From assembly GCF_018143015.1 (NCBI RefSeq), contig NC_054742.1, forward strand, positions 73,641,736 through 73,705,735: a stretch of DNA of 64,000 nucleotides. Reading direction: 5' to 3'. This document shows, piece by piece, positions 13,621 to 27,657 of this stretch (within the stretch, counting starts at the first letter, position 1; the number at the start of each line of letters is the position of its first letter). The position numbers and the translations under genes are program-made. Below the pieces are notes generated by a model. That model saw nothing but the letters and a program-made list of their open reading frames with translations, was not told where the DNA came from and searched no databases. The DNA comes from Lytechinus variegatus. Taxonomy: Eukaryota.

Positions 13621-14953
13621 CTGAGTTGTCTTGCTTGGATCACAACATACCTAGATGCATCAAAAATATAAAAATGAAAAGGATATTAATGAGGTTTATG
13701 CTCTTCTTTCTAATTTTTTGAGATAACTGTAAGACAAACTCATCACCTCCATACTCTCTGAAAGAGAGAAAAAAACATGTAGATCCCTACAACTACAAGT
13801 AAGGTAAGGGCACAAGAGTCTGGATAAAAAAAAATAAATACTGGCTTGCAAATACCAGATATTCAAAAAGAATACATTCGGGTGAATAAAAACTCTACTG
13901 ATCTAAAACAAGCAAAGAAGAAGGGGAGCAGAAATATTTGTTCCTTGGTAAAATATCATTCAGAGAATAGATACTAAGTAAACTAAAACATATATGATTG
14001 ATTGTATTTGTAAACAAAATGATTGATTCTGCAAGCACAATAAATAACCTGACTCACACAGATATCAAATGATAATAAGTACTTAGAAACTGTCATGCTG
14101 TTTTGACAAACAAGTTGATAAACCTGACATTTAATTCCTCAGCTTGTAACTCCAAATCTCAAATTTCATAAGAATAAAATGACATGTGGATGATATTTCA
14201 TAATGGGAGCACTAACAAGAGTACTTATCCAATTCATTTTCTTTCGGTATTTGACCATGATTTGGGTTTAATCAGCCGTAATGTGACCACAGAATCAATG
14301 CCTTGCTGACAAACCTGACCACAAGACTCAGACACGTCTGCTGATCCAAATGAATCAATTAATCTAATTAGCAGGACGGGATTGAATCCGGAAATTACTT
14401 AGTCACGGATATCTTTAGCAGATAGCATTTCAATCAACACATGCACCGAAATAGTAATATTTGCACCATCAATTGGCATCACGACAATATTCATTCCATA
14501 TCTTTTTTCCTGTGTCAGTAAAGAAGGTAGTTTGTAGAGATGTACTTGTTTTTCATCTGTAAATTTTCACTGAGCTATAAGAGGAAAATTTAGTACTGAA
14601 AAATAAAACATGAACAGTACACAATTCATTCCTTATTTTTGTTGCTACTGCAGAGTTTAAGAAAAAATATGTACTTTTAATAATAAGTTTATAAAAGAAA
14701 CCCAATGTGGTCAGGTATAGATAATATATCCACATCAATTAAGTAAATTCAAAATTCCAAATCAATGGATCAGATATCACCAAATATCACTGAGGCCAAC
14801 AAAATTATGAACCAAATTCTGAACAGTTAGGTCCATTACAGATTTATTCCATTCTTTTTTTGTAAAATCTTCTTTTTGAAGAAAACATGACTCCATTTAA
14901 GATTTGATATATTGATAATTTTAAGAGACAAATGTAGTAGGAGAAAGACTCAC

Positions 14954-15705
14954 CAGTAAGCCTGGAGAAGTGGAAGAGTTTGTTGGATGTGTTACATTAA
15001 AGAATGCAGCTCCTGCTGAACGACACTTAGGATCTGTTGATGTCATCTGCTCCTTCCAGACCGAGTCTTTACACCCTGCCCAGTCAAGTGAAGTTGTTGG
15101 TATAGTCCTCGAGAGTTGTGTCAAGGCTTGAAGATGGACCACACCAACATCATGGAGAAGATTACCCAGAATTGGCTGATCGAGGGATGAACTCTTGTGA
15201 GAGTTCAAACTGAATTGAACATCTGCATCTGCAAAGGATGTCTTTGATCTTTGAGAACTGTCCTCTACTTGGGTCCCTGCATCCTTGAGGACTTTGCCAT
15301 CCAGATCCACTTGAGGAACCAAAGCTAGGTTTTTATAGTCGCTTTGCAGGACACTGGAAAGGGGGAACTGGGTGTCGATGGCTTCATCTTCCGGAGCAAT
15401 GATTCGGACTGGACGCTTCGGGACAACCTTGCCATCGGCATCTACCCGCAGTGGTTCTGACTGTGTGCTCCGGAGAGCGGACTTCAGGGGCTGTGAGGAA
15501 GTCAGTGCGACGTCCTCAAACACCAGTTGCTTCGCACTGGTCACCTCGACTACATCATCTTCTGTATCAGCATCAGGGGTTGGTTTATCAGGAGTCTTTG
15601 GGGCCATGCGTTTTACGCGAGATGGTAAGTCCTCGAAGCCTGTGGTCCTGTTCCGTTGTCTCCGCCTCGCTGGCTTCTGAGGGGCTATGTTCGCTCGTCC
15701 GGTAC
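14954..15705 (-). CDS. Internal coding exon of the same gene. It bridges the disordered region and the kinase-like domain, and may contribute N-lobe or helical elements.
   Basis: The open frame runs ...TGRANIAPQKPARRRQRNRTTGFEDLPSRVKRMAPKTPDK...ILGNLLHDVGVVHLQALTQLSR...SPGLL. The acceptor is ttattatcccaatgcag| at about 15706-15708. The donor is CTG|GTGAGT at 14948-14953. The exon starts with two bases (GT) that complete a codon, which matches the phase-1 donor at 25131. Confidence 0.55.
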
Positions 15706-16854
15706 CTGCATTGGGATAATAACAATGGAAGATACAAGCAGGTTATTAACTTGACATCTACTACAACTCTGTACATGCCTGGAAATTCAAAAGTTTATCA
15801 AAGTGAATCAAAAGATTGAATTTCACTGAGGAATAATGATTCACATTCAGTGAAACCCCTCCAAGGTTCATTGACACATACCGTCAACATTGACACTTCT
15901 TTTCCTCTTCCCTATAGGTGAAGAACAACCTAGACAATAACATTCCATATTGTCCACTAAAATAAGTGCAACAGGACAATGCTCAATGAGCTAGTTCCGC
16001 CAAATGAAAGAGATAAATAAATACTGTCATCAAGTCAAAAACCAAAAAAAAACTGAAGTAATTCCCCCTCATTTATATATTAATCCATTCAGATTTCCAA
16101 GGTAATGATGCCATAAAAGGACTATCTTAGACTTCATGGAGGTACAAATGAATTCTCCCAAATATCAAATAAAATTGGCAAGGTTTGCAGATAATTCAAA
16201 CATGAGGCCCTGTGAAAATATAGAAATGATGAATAAATTCAAAGAATATGGAATTTCCTGTTAGAATCCATCTAATCTCCCCACTTATGAAATATTTTGT
16301 TAAGATATTGCAGGGTTATGAGGATTAAATTGATTCTTGACAACGTTCCAAATATCTACTCTTGGTCAAGGCTGGATATGAACTCCTTACAAGTCTCTTT
16401 TATGTGGTTTAAAATCAATATGTAGATATACCTTTAAGATCCTAGAATTTAAAGGTCAGAATGAATGTTCTTCATGCCTTTCAAAAACTATTTCTTATGT
16501 ACAAGTAAAAGCTTAACAAAAACTGTGTCCAATAAGGTTTCTTTTATAGCATATAGAACAGTGCACATGAAGTAAGATTCTGTATCAAGAAGCAATTGGC
16601 AGAAAATAATGTTAACTGTTGGGATCATATTGAATGTTTTATTGACTTTCATGATCAACAATCAAAGAAAAATATGGAGCAAATGGGCTTCATCGAGGTA
16701 AAAAAGTAAATAAAAACTAATGTTTCATTGTTCATTGAATTGTCATCTACACACAAAGTAATTAGATGTAATGATTGCTATTTTCTTAACATGTTGATGC
16801 TGAAAATACATGTACATGTAGATAAACAATTATAGAAACAAGTATGCATGTACA

Positions 16855-17100
16855 CAAAATAAATCAATACCATTTCCCCCACCTTGTTTCCTGTGCCTGC
16901 ATGTACTCAATAAAATCCTAGTGTAAACCAAGCCTTTTTTGTTTGATATGTCGATCATGATAATAAATAAATGAATTAAAAACTAAATTATAAGCAAATC
17001 ATATGATTTCTACATAAATATGTATTCAAAAGAAAACTATTAAAGCCATTTCCGCACCTTGTTTCCTGTGCTTACAGAAATAAATCCTAGCTTGAACCTA
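16855..17100. repeat. Local tandem duplication with a period of about 175 bp (ATTTCC..CACCTTGTTTCCTGTGC..AAATCCTAG).
   Basis: accatttcccccaccttgtttcctgtgcctgcatgtactcaataaaatcctagtgtaaaccaagcc compared with aagccatttccgcaccttgtttcctgtgcttacagaaataaatcctagcttgaaccta. Confidence 0.5.
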
Positions 17101-20100
17101 TGTAAAATGCTCAACAAGCATGAAACCTTCATACAATCCTTGAGTTGATCATAGAATATCACTTAAAGCTCTTCTTCATTCACTAATCATTATTTATGGT
17201 GTCCTTCACACTTCAAATAAGATAAGAACACCTAGCATTTTGCCAAATGTGACACGGCCCAGCTCACTCCGGGAAGTGATTCACAATGCCCCGTCAGACT
17301 GACTCAAAATCTGACAAGAAAAGAATTACCACCAAAAAATGAAGAAATAAAATGGGATTGATTTCATTATTAGGAATCCGGTAAATGTCAGCACATTTCC
17401 AGCCAAAATTTATTCAGGGACGGGAGTTCTGTGTTTAGTGATTACAATTGGATTTCCTTGGAACAATCAGCTCTTTTATCTTCAAATTGAGTTCTCAAAA
17501 GGTGACAACAAGGTTGGATATAATGAATACTACCTGTCTAAATATGTGTAAGGATTACTAAGCTGAAGATGAATGTCTTAATAAATCATATACGTACATG
17601 TAGTTGATGACAAAATTCTTTGAAATGATAAAACAAAAACAAGTCCTTGCAAACTAACCAACCAGTAAGCAGGAGGTGCCTATATATAGTCCCAGGGATA
17701 ATGACTTCTCCTACTGAGATAATCTGGGAGGAAAAAAATCATGATTTACTTTTTTTTTTGTTCTTGCACTTTGTCTTTTGATTAAAAAGTAACGATAAAC
17801 CTACAGGGTGTGATACATGTAGATGTACCACTGTAACACAGGAAATGGTGTTTTCACCAAAGGACAGAGTGTTGCGGACACATCTGTCACTTTGTGATTT
17901 ATGTTTAATGAGCATCCCTGATTTGAACTGTTTTGTGAGGAGCATTCATTGCAGTTCTTTTCAAGACCGGCCTCGTGGTGAGCTGTTAGTCTGCTGTGCA
18001 CACCATTCACTCAACTTTAAGGGTCTGAATGTGCAGCCTATAATGCCTTGTGCACTGAAGGCCCTCTGTGCGTTAGTCTTTGCGTGGAGACCCACTTGTT
18101 GATCAAAGTTTCAATCAGGGTCTGCAGACTAGTGAGCTATAGGTATCTACTGCATTATGCAATTAAATCTTGTTTTATATTCATATAGATATGCCTATTA
18201 TAGATCCATCATGGTTTGCAGTGCTTACATGTATGTATAGGCCATGTCCACATTTGCAATTTTTATGTCAGTTTCTAGCAAGTGGAGGAAATATTTCTAC
18301 ACATCATTGACTAATAAATTGAAATTGATTCCATTGTTTACTGAATGTGTTTTACACATGGAAAACTGGCCACTTGGTGAAATGCTTTCCTAACAAGCCA
18401 TCTTTAAGTTGTTTGTTTTACGCACTGACAAACAATTTAAAACCAATTTGAGAACATTGCATTCATTATTACACAGGTAACAGACTTTTGGTATCACAGC
18501 CACACATACCAATACTCATTCAAGACCGTGAACAGACAGGGCATGGCATCACTGACAGTTCAAGAGTTTCAATCTGAACTAAATTGAGCTCCCTTCATTG
18601 TTTGTAATTCCTAGATTAAGATCTTGAGTTGACATTTGCTTTCAGGAATCACTTTTGAGATGCATTGATTAGTATAAATGCCATGTCAAATTGAATATCC
18701 GTCTTCTAAGGCTGATATATACCCCCATGTGAAATAAAAAATAAAAAGTTATCAAAATCAGATCTTTATATTCAAGTATAATATGATAGTAATTTATTTC
18801 AAATTATCACAGCTGTGAACAAACACTTATATTCATTTATTTTTTATAATGAGATAGATGTGTATTAATAAAGATTATTGGTACTTTTGGTACGTAAGCA
18901 ATTACTGATATAATTATCAATAACCTTTATAAACCAGAACAAACTGTCTCCTAGACATAGCTAGCCTTGGTTAACCTCAGCTTACTTTTCTCACAAGAAT
19001 TTGTTTTCAGCTACAAAAAGACAATATGATAGCAAACTACTACAATACAGCAAAAGTATGTAAACTTGCGTTTGTGCAGATATTTACATTTATCTCTAGA
19101 ATGTTCACGAGGAAAAGTAGACAGAATAAATGAAGAAATAAAAAAACTATCATTGATAAAAATGTATATTGAATATTCATGCAGGGGTTTCGACTAGAGC
19201 TTCATTTCAAATCTATCCCTAGATACATGTATTTAAAACATCAATTCATCAATTCAAGGCTTTTAGGGAATAGAGATGACGTCATTTGTAAATGACTGTG
19301 GGCGTTGTAAACATTAATGCTCACACAAACAATTGTCTGATAACCTTGGCTTAACCTCTATATCACCAAAGCCATTTTTTAATAAATAAGGAAATAAGAA
19401 AATTATGTACAAGTACATATATGACTATAAAAGATTAATTGAATTTGGGAACAATTACACAGACTTTTGGTGTGTATTTTTTTTTGCTAATGTTAAATGG
19501 GGGGGGGCATGGATTAAAAGTGTCTCAATACATACAAACACATACATGTATTTCTTATGGCATTTTCCTATGCTAGATTTTTTTTTTGGGGGGGGGGGGG
19601 TGCAATTTAGCCAATTTGAGCAATAAATGCAGGTTGGAGGATATGGATTGTTAAAACATATTTATTTCACCCTACAAAGCCATTCTCAAAACCCTAGAAT
19701 TATTTCAAATAAAGTACATGTACATACACATAATGGTAATACAATGCCCTTTTTTGTAATTAATAATTTGAAGATATTACTAATTAAAATGTGAATTATG
19801 TTCATGCATAGAGGTGTAGGCTGTATATGGAGCAGATTGAATTAAAGAATCAATTAATGAAATTATAACAGTCACTGCATCTTTGTGAGATTAAAACAGT
19901 ACTGCATAATATGTATAATTAAACATACATATACCGGTAGTATGTGAATTACCAAGCAATGAGACAAACTTTGACATTCATACATGTACTTCCACAAGAA
20001 CATTACATACTGTCATGTACATGTGCAAGAGTCAACAAGATCGGTCCATGTTTCTCACCTTTGTTGTTGACTTAACATGAATAAACATACAAAGTAATTC

Positions 20101-21302
20101 ATATCACTATCAGGATCTACATGTACAAATCTTCCTCAGTAAATAATAAAAAATAGGGAGTGTTTCGTTGCCTGGTGGATTCATCAACACCATACTATAA
20201 TCATATTTTGACTCATTTCACTGCATCTTCTTTCTTTATTCTTGTTTGCCACAGACAGAAACAAATCAATAATGCAAAATAAAACCACTTGTTATTTATC
20301 CCATCCAAGGCTGGCGGTTGTGGTTTGAAATCTATTCGACTTCTATTGTGTGTCATCTTCCCTTGTTCTGGTTGAGATGCTATTTGTTGAGAGCATATGG
20401 CTTTATCAAGGTCATATCAAATATTGCTTCTGAAATTCTTTATATTGCTATATGCGACAATATAGTTATTGTCAATTGTTTTCTATCAAACAAATTATTC
20501 ATAAACAGATCTTGGATAAAGGAAGATGCGATTCAGCCTAAATTAATGAAGAGTTCAAACCTAGTTGTTCACCTTGTCCTCAAATAAACTTTGAAAGTAA
20601 CTGGATAGAAAGATAAACTTTACAAATGTGATCTGTAATTAGCCTACATACAGGTGACAGGATATGTTCTTGCGACATTTGGTCCAGTCTGAATATCTAC
20701 GGGGGCATACATGTAGGGTTAGAGTTAGGATTGTAACATAATTTTTTAACATGCTTGACTTAATGAGCAGATTTTCTATGGGAGCAATTGTCGCCAGATC
20801 AATTATCGCTGGAGAAAATGTCATGGAACCCAAACTTCAGTACATGCACGTACCTGGACCATGGTGAGCTACATGTATATGGTCCGGAAAAGAAGTACGC
20901 CTTTGTTGAGCACTTCACTTTGGAGAAAGATTGCCCTTAATGATCCCTTTTTATTTTCCACTTCCATTTTTTTTTCTCTCACAAAATGACGATACAATAC
21001 AAGCCTCTTAATATTTCAATTATACCAGTTTTGAAAAGTGCCTCAAAAAATAAGCTGGAAACCTGATTTCATTTAACTTTCACCACAATGTTTCAACACA
21101 AAAAAGGGAACAGTACAAAGACCCCTGGCCGATTCCCACGAATCTCCCGATCCATTTACAGTCCAATTCATTCAAAACATGTTTATTTTCACAGGGACCA
21201 TGCAAGCTCCATCTAGAATATTGAACATTAAAACTCGCCCAGGCCGTGTGCATAGTAGAGTCGATGAGCCATCATCAGCACGAGTCTGCTAACATTTGTA
21301 TG

Positions 21303-21826
21303 CTTGGAAATTAAAGGGGAAGTTCACCCAATCACCCTGACAATTTTTTTTTGCAAAAATAGCAGAAGAATAATAAAAATATTGCTGAAGGTTTGAAAAA
21401 AATGCATCATGGAATAAGAAAGTTATTAGAAGTTTAATCATTTGATTAATTGATTTGTGACATCATACATGTATGCGATCAGCTTTCCTGCATATCATAT
21501 GGTAGGAATCGAATGAAATGCAATTCAGAAAATTGAAATTGGTTTTTACTTTACCTTTTAAAGTAAATAGACAAATAATTTCACACTTTTCCTTAAAAAG
21601 AAAACAAAATCAGGTCAGCACCAACCATTAAAAAATTAAAATTTATGCACTTTATGGGGCAGCTTCTCATTTATGACATCACAAATCCAATTAAAATTCT
21701 AATAACTTTCTTAATCTTTCATGAATTTTCCTCAAACCTACACCAATATTTTTCATTATTTTTTTTACAACAAACTTTTCTTCAGGATGAAATCCTACTC
21801 TGGAGAGAAAACTTAAAACCCTGTTC
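21303..21826 (+). mobile_element. MITE-like family R2, copy a (AAAGGGGAAGTTCACCC ... GG(G/A)TGAA...TTAAAA).
   Basis: Aligns with 41580-42143 over the first 330 bp or so and the last 120 bp or so. The termini are inverted (GTTCACCCTG / CAGGGTGAAC). The flanks carry TTAAA(G)-like direct repeats. Confidence 0.5.
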
Positions 21827-23827
21827 CCATTAGCCCACAATGGAGAGTACCAGCTCAAACAATTTTAAAGTGAACTTGACTCTGAGCATGTGCACTTCTT
21901 TGGCTTAAACTTAAAGGATGCAATGGTCTGTATCATACTAATTATTCAAGTAAATAAGGATCAAAACCAGGTATAATTTTACATTTCATTTGACTATTAA
22001 ATGGTTTTGGTTGTTGAAAGGGAATGATTTCACCAGGGTTTTTTGTACACATATTAGCCCAAATATGCACTGGTGGCTCTGAATTCTAAAACTGACAGTG
22101 GGCGTTATGCAGATTTCATTCACTAATTATGCTTATTTCATCATATATTGAGTCCAAGAAATGAATCCATCCTTTATATAAATAGGCACTAAATTCATGT
22201 TTGTTTTTAATAAGGTTAGACCTGCTGCATTATCAAAGCCTACTGTTCATATATTAATCAATTGATACATCATTGAGCTCAATGATCCAAACTGCAACAT
22301 CATTGATGCTATAGTAACATACATGTATGAATAATGCATCCTAATTATATAAAAAAATGCATTCATTATTGGTCTATCTTTCTCTCTCTCTCAAATTACC
22401 TGTTGAATTAAGCATAATTAAAGCATGAAATCTGCATAAATCATGTTGAGTTTTCAAACTCTGGCTAATTTGGGCTGATGAGAACCCTCCCAATATATAC
22501 AATGGCGAGGCGGGTCAGACACACTCTCTACAATAGCTCTGTTTCAATTTGCATTCCTCACTTTTTGTGATAAATCTCCAAGCTCAAGATCAACCAAACA
22601 TGAGGGAGAGCTTTTGTTGGGGGAGTTGCCATAATACACCTCCAAAATGGGCATTGTAGACTTTTTGCCATTTGTGCTATCATTGAACATTCACAAAGGG
22701 AGTTTCAAATGAACAAGTTAGCTGGGTAGGGTAATAGATCTTTGTACTGTGGTAAAATATGACTGAATACAAAGGAATATTGGATTTACTTTATTATGAT
22801 TGTGATGTATTTGAAAATAAGCGGCCTTGATTTAACAAGGTTGGATTATTCTGTTGTGATAAGTGGGCCACATCTTTGACACAGGAGCCTATAAACTTCT
22901 TTATATTTATTGCTGTATTAGACTGCATGCTTATCTTTTTTTCAACTGAAACTATTTAATTTTTTTTCAATTGTATTATTTCATGACACTTCCTAAATCA
23001 CTTAGAATTTGGAAATTTGGATCCTGTATTTCTTTTGATGATATTTACTCTTTTGGCCGGTGTCCTAACATCCTGACATAATAGAATACACAGGAAGTAT
23101 GTTCTTCGTTACAAGATTGATCAAGTTATGTTAATTTCCATGCTAAGCAAAAAACATGAAGTATCAACACTCTCATTGTAGAATTCAATAAAATTAACCT
23201 TTTCTCGTAAGTGAAGTGAATAAATTCGTACTTCACAAATGTACTAGAAAGAGTACACATAATTTTGATTGAAATATATCTACTGTAACAATATATTACA
23301 AATCAAATCTAGGGGATTAGAATAATTTGGATAAAAAACACCTGTTTGATATGTTCAACAAGTCACAAGTGTGTTCTTAATGGACTCTACATGTCCATCA
23401 GACAAGACTGGTGTATTTCAAAGGATGTTAGGATTGTTGCTAAGTTTTCAATAGTGCTCTCATTAAAAAAAAAATCATAGATAACATGCGCCACTTACAA
23501 TTATAGAATTGTCTGTCTTTAATATTTTTTTCCCATCAGTAGACATAAAGACCTTTGTATATATGGAGAGCGAGATTTTACAAAATATACATGTAAGGAG
23601 TTTAAAAGTTTGGATGAAAGAAAATGTGAAAGCACACACAAGCTTGGATACCATTATTTCATACACTGTGAAAGTTAACACCTCTTTGGTGCATAGGCAA
23701 CATCTTGCCGGTGCCCAGCTCATTATGTTGAGCGAGGATGAATTGGTTCAGCAACCAAGGCAAATCAGAAGCTGCTTGGAGGCACAGTACGTGACAAGGG
23801 ACTGTATAGGTGATTTCATACCGCCTC

Positions 23828-24295
23828 GATCATAAGAATCCCTGTTAAATTACGAGAACTTTTCTAGGCTAAAAAATACCCATCAATTATTCCTGCATTC
23901 ACACCGACCCGAAACATCCCCTTCGGGATAAGTTCCTGAAGTTACGAGCATGCACAGTATGGTCTGATAAGCAGGCAAGGTGAGAGATTCAAAATCACTA
24001 GCTCAGCAGCCACCCACAGCGCCCAACTACGCGCTGGGCTAAAAGTTCCTGTAAATTGCTTTCACATTGCCAAAATACCTGCGATCTTGGAAAAATCCCC
24101 GCGAAAGTTTTCGTAATTATGACAAATACCTACTATTTAGTGGGTATTTTCTTTCGGGGAGATTACGCGTAATTTGCTTTCACAATATTACCTGGTATTT
24201 TCTGATCAGGGTAAATTTCCCGATCAGAAAATACCTGGAACTGACAAACTTCGAGGCGGTCTGAAACCATCTTATATTCCTCAAACCTTGCGCCC
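23828..24295 (+). repeat. R1 family copy b, lying in the 9.4 kb intron of the large gene. It has about 100 bp of extra sequence, including a palindromic insert at 24188-24240.
   Basis: The same termini as copy a. The extra segment cctggtattttctgatcagggtaaatttcccgatcagaaaatacctgg forms a perfect hairpin of about 20 bp. Confidence 0.6.
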
Positions 24296-25130
24296 CAGTC
24301 CCCCACTCCCAGGTTCCTGTTCATCCCACTCCCAGTCTCCGTTCACAGAGTGAGTAATACATCAAGATTGAAATGGGGACAAACAGGAGGAAAGAAAGCC
24401 TGTACTATCAAATTCACAATCGGACTGAAGAAAGACCTTTATAAGGCCCACATCTGGCAGCAATTACATAAAGCGCAAATCCTTTGAGGGGAACGGTCAC
24501 CTTAAAAGATATCAGATCAAACATATAAATCAAGATGTGTGAATTCATATGAAATATTTAGTTCCATCTTCCTACATGTACCTGAAGATATTGGACATAA
24601 GATTTAAAGTAAATGAACCAATGACCTTGATCAATTGTATGACCTCTGTATTTCTGAATAGCACAAAGAATAAAGCAACTTCCCCCAAAGAATGACTATG
24701 GTGCAAGAGCAGAGGGATTTTGCAAGAAACTTATTAGCAAATGAATCGAAAGCATCTGCTACCAACAAATTATATAACAACTTATTCCATACGTTGCACA
24801 AACGGAAAAAATATATTGCTGGGTTTCTTCATGTAAGGATTTGTTGGATTGTTTATCTGACAGTCTGTTTTACCTGATAGTAACCATAGTAACAGTCAGA
24901 CACTTTGCCTCTCAGTTATTCAAAGATCAAGGAAAGTTGTCAGACCTGACAAATTGTCAAACAGATGTTAATGAAACACTCCCCTGGAAGTAAACTAATT
25001 CATTGCCATTTCAACGTCAATTGCTATCAATCAAGATTGACGGGGTACCTGTTGATAGCATATTTTCCACAATACTCCTAAGACTGTTTATATTGGAAAC
25101 TTAAGTATGAAAATTTCAAGACTTGTACCT

Positions 25131-27657
25131 ACCCATGTTTTCATAGAGGTGCTTTTCATCCTCTGTTCTGTTCGTCTCATTATTCTTCCTCCTGCTGCTG
25201 GGTGACAAAGAGTAGGACTTCTGGAGTGGGACTGGGTCTTCACTGGGGCCTTCATCTTGGTGATCTGGGAGGGGTGTAGGAGGTTTGGGCGCCTTTCTTT
25301 TCCCCCCACTTCTGGTTACATCGTCGTCTTCGCTCTCAACATAGCTGTTCCTGTTGTGATTGGTTGCAGCATTGGGTGTGGTCTCTTTGGTATTGGGTGT
25401 GGCGGGAGAGGCAGCATTAGTAGTAGCTTGGGATGCTCTTTTGATAGCGACTGTTGGCTCCCCCTTGTAGGCATTGATGACCTCCAGACGCTCCAGGGAG
25501 TTCCTAGGATTTGCAGGATTTGGGTCAGTAGCTGCAGGAGGGGACGCAGAGGCAGAGAAAGAACTCACAAGCCACTTCTCCACCTCCTCCGCGTTGAACT
25601 CTCTCTCCGGACTGCCAGAATCGTTTCGTTTCTTCTTTCTCTTCCAAGGCAACTTGGACCGTTTGGACTTTGTGGTGACAGCAGGTGCATCCTGTGTGGC
25701 AACTGTGTTTGGGAGGTTGAGTGGCTGTGGTCTGTTGAGAGGAGGTGGAGGAGAGGCCATTCGTCTCATATGCGGGACACTTGGTTGGTTCTCCTTGTTG
25801 GAGACATCCTTCAATTTTTCTCTGCTCATGGGTGACAATTCCCTTCGTCCAGTGGGGAGAAAACTCTCGCAGCCTCGCTCGGAAATGACTCTCTTTCTTG
25901 GCTTGAGTTGCCTTTCTAGATTCATGTTGATTTCTAAGAGGGGACATGTCTCTGTGTCTTGAAGGAGACATCTCTCTTCGTACTTCATCACCCTTTCCTG
26001 AGCTCCCACTTATGTAGGTTTCTACCTTGGACTTATCATTATTAGATGCCTGCGGATGTGATGATCTGTCAATGTCATCCGATAGGTCTGAGGAGCTCCT
26101 GTCTATTGATTGTTTCTTGTCCTTTTTGTGTTTTTGAGGGGGAGAGGGTGGGGAACGATGTGGCAAGCTATCGAGCCTGTCATCCCTCTCCCTTACAAAG
26201 TCCTGTTCAACAAATTCCATTGATGGTGGCCTTGGAGCCACCCTCTTAAGCCTAGTCCTACTAAACTCTGGTATATCCTGGTCCTTTCCACTCGAACCAT
26301 TTGATAATTCCTCCTCCAAAACTGGATGAGTTTTTGACCTTGATCGAGATGGTCTTCTCGATTCTTGTAATGTCTCATCACTCAATGAAACTCTCTTTGA
26401 TTCCAAGAGATTCTGGGCACCTTCTTTCTTAGCAGTTTTTTCCCTTTTGGTTGCGGAAGTTTGCTTTTCACTGCTTTTCTCAGTAGGCTGCAAGTAATCA
26501 ATGCTTTGACTAGGACCCAGCTCTACCCGACCATCTACATCAGCATCCTTGCCATTTTTACTAGCATCCAAGTCGGAGCTGTTATACACCTTTGGCATAA
26601 TATATATAGGAACCTTATACTGTCCAGAGTTTCGCTTCTTTTTCCTATTATTATCAGGGGGTTGTTCATCATGAAGAATGATAGGGTATGGTGGTGTATT
26701 TCTCTTACTACTCTGAGTAGGTGGTGTTTCATGCTTGGGGGCATCACTCGAATCACTGGATTCCATGGAATCATTGATACCCGAGTCTGTGTGGAACTGA
26801 GATGCAGTATATATGCCATCTGCAAGGGCAACATTTCTCCTTGAGAAGTGACCCGATGGATCCATGGAGGTACCAGCTCCACCATCCTCTTGCTGAATCA
26901 ATCCAAGACCTTCGTCGAGTTCATTTGACATTCTTCCACTACTTGATGAGGTTCCTTCACTGCTTAATGCCGAGCTTGATTTCCTTTTCTCCTGCGTATC
27001 ATGCAAATCTACGACCCTATAAGGATTTGTTTTCACCGTTGGAGATGCAACAGACCCCTCTGCCATCTCTTCGCTACCATTGTCTCCTCTGTCTCTCTCA
27101 TAGTGATGAGATACCTCCCCACTCTGCGAAATAATTGTGACACAATCCGCAATATGCCCATATCGGGATGTCAAATCCTGTTGTGCATCACTGCCAGCAT
27201 GTTTCTGGGGAGACGTGACCGGAGACTTGCCAAAATAAACATCTGAACTGAGCTGGCTGCTTCTCACCACAACATTCTCAGTCTGCACATCATTCATGTT
27301 TTCACCTGTAGAAGTGCTGACATTCACCATTATTTCTTCATTCACAGGCGGCATAAAGACCTCTGGATCAGATGTCTGTCTCTTGTGTTTTGTTAGTGGC
27401 TTTATAGATGGCCTTGACTTTCCTCCTATGGTTTTTGGAAATGTCTCGTGGCCTGTAATTGGAGCTTGTGAATTCATGACAAAATTGGGCAGATTTGACT
27501 TTGAATCCACTAATTTCTGTTGCTCATCAGCACTGGCATCACTTCCAACCACATTCGGCAAGTCAGGAAGATCTGGGAGCATTTCTTCCGTCTCGATAAC
27601 AGAATGGTTGTTGTTATTGCTACTATGAACCTCAGCAGGAGAGGTAAGCCCCATGCT
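25131..27657 (-). CDS. Large coding exon of about 2.5 kb encoding a Ser/Pro/Arg/Glu-rich, low-complexity and probably disordered region. It has repeated MSPxR-type motifs and basic KRKKKR stretches. It contains a reading-frame break near 25.88-25.94 kb.
   Basis: A 709-codon open frame (27654-25525) overlaps by about 485 nt with a 297-codon open frame in another frame (26009-25116). Both translate to the same S/P/R/E-rich composition, and the MSPxR motif continues across the frame change. The 3' end has a strong donor ATGG|GTAGGT at about 25125-25131 whose phase matches the 15705 acceptor. The joined reading is ...HLYENM-G-TGRANIAPQK.... Confidence 0.55.

Noticed and set aside
25257-26844. Plus-strand ORFs of 110-192 codons (25257-25835, 25474-25962, 26461-26844, 26802-27134, 27296-27628, 27844-28299) antisense to the large coding exon
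   Set aside because: These are shadow ORFs. They lie opposite a GC-rich, codon-biased coding exon, their translations are Cys/Trp/Leu-rich nonsense, and they have no splice or start context.
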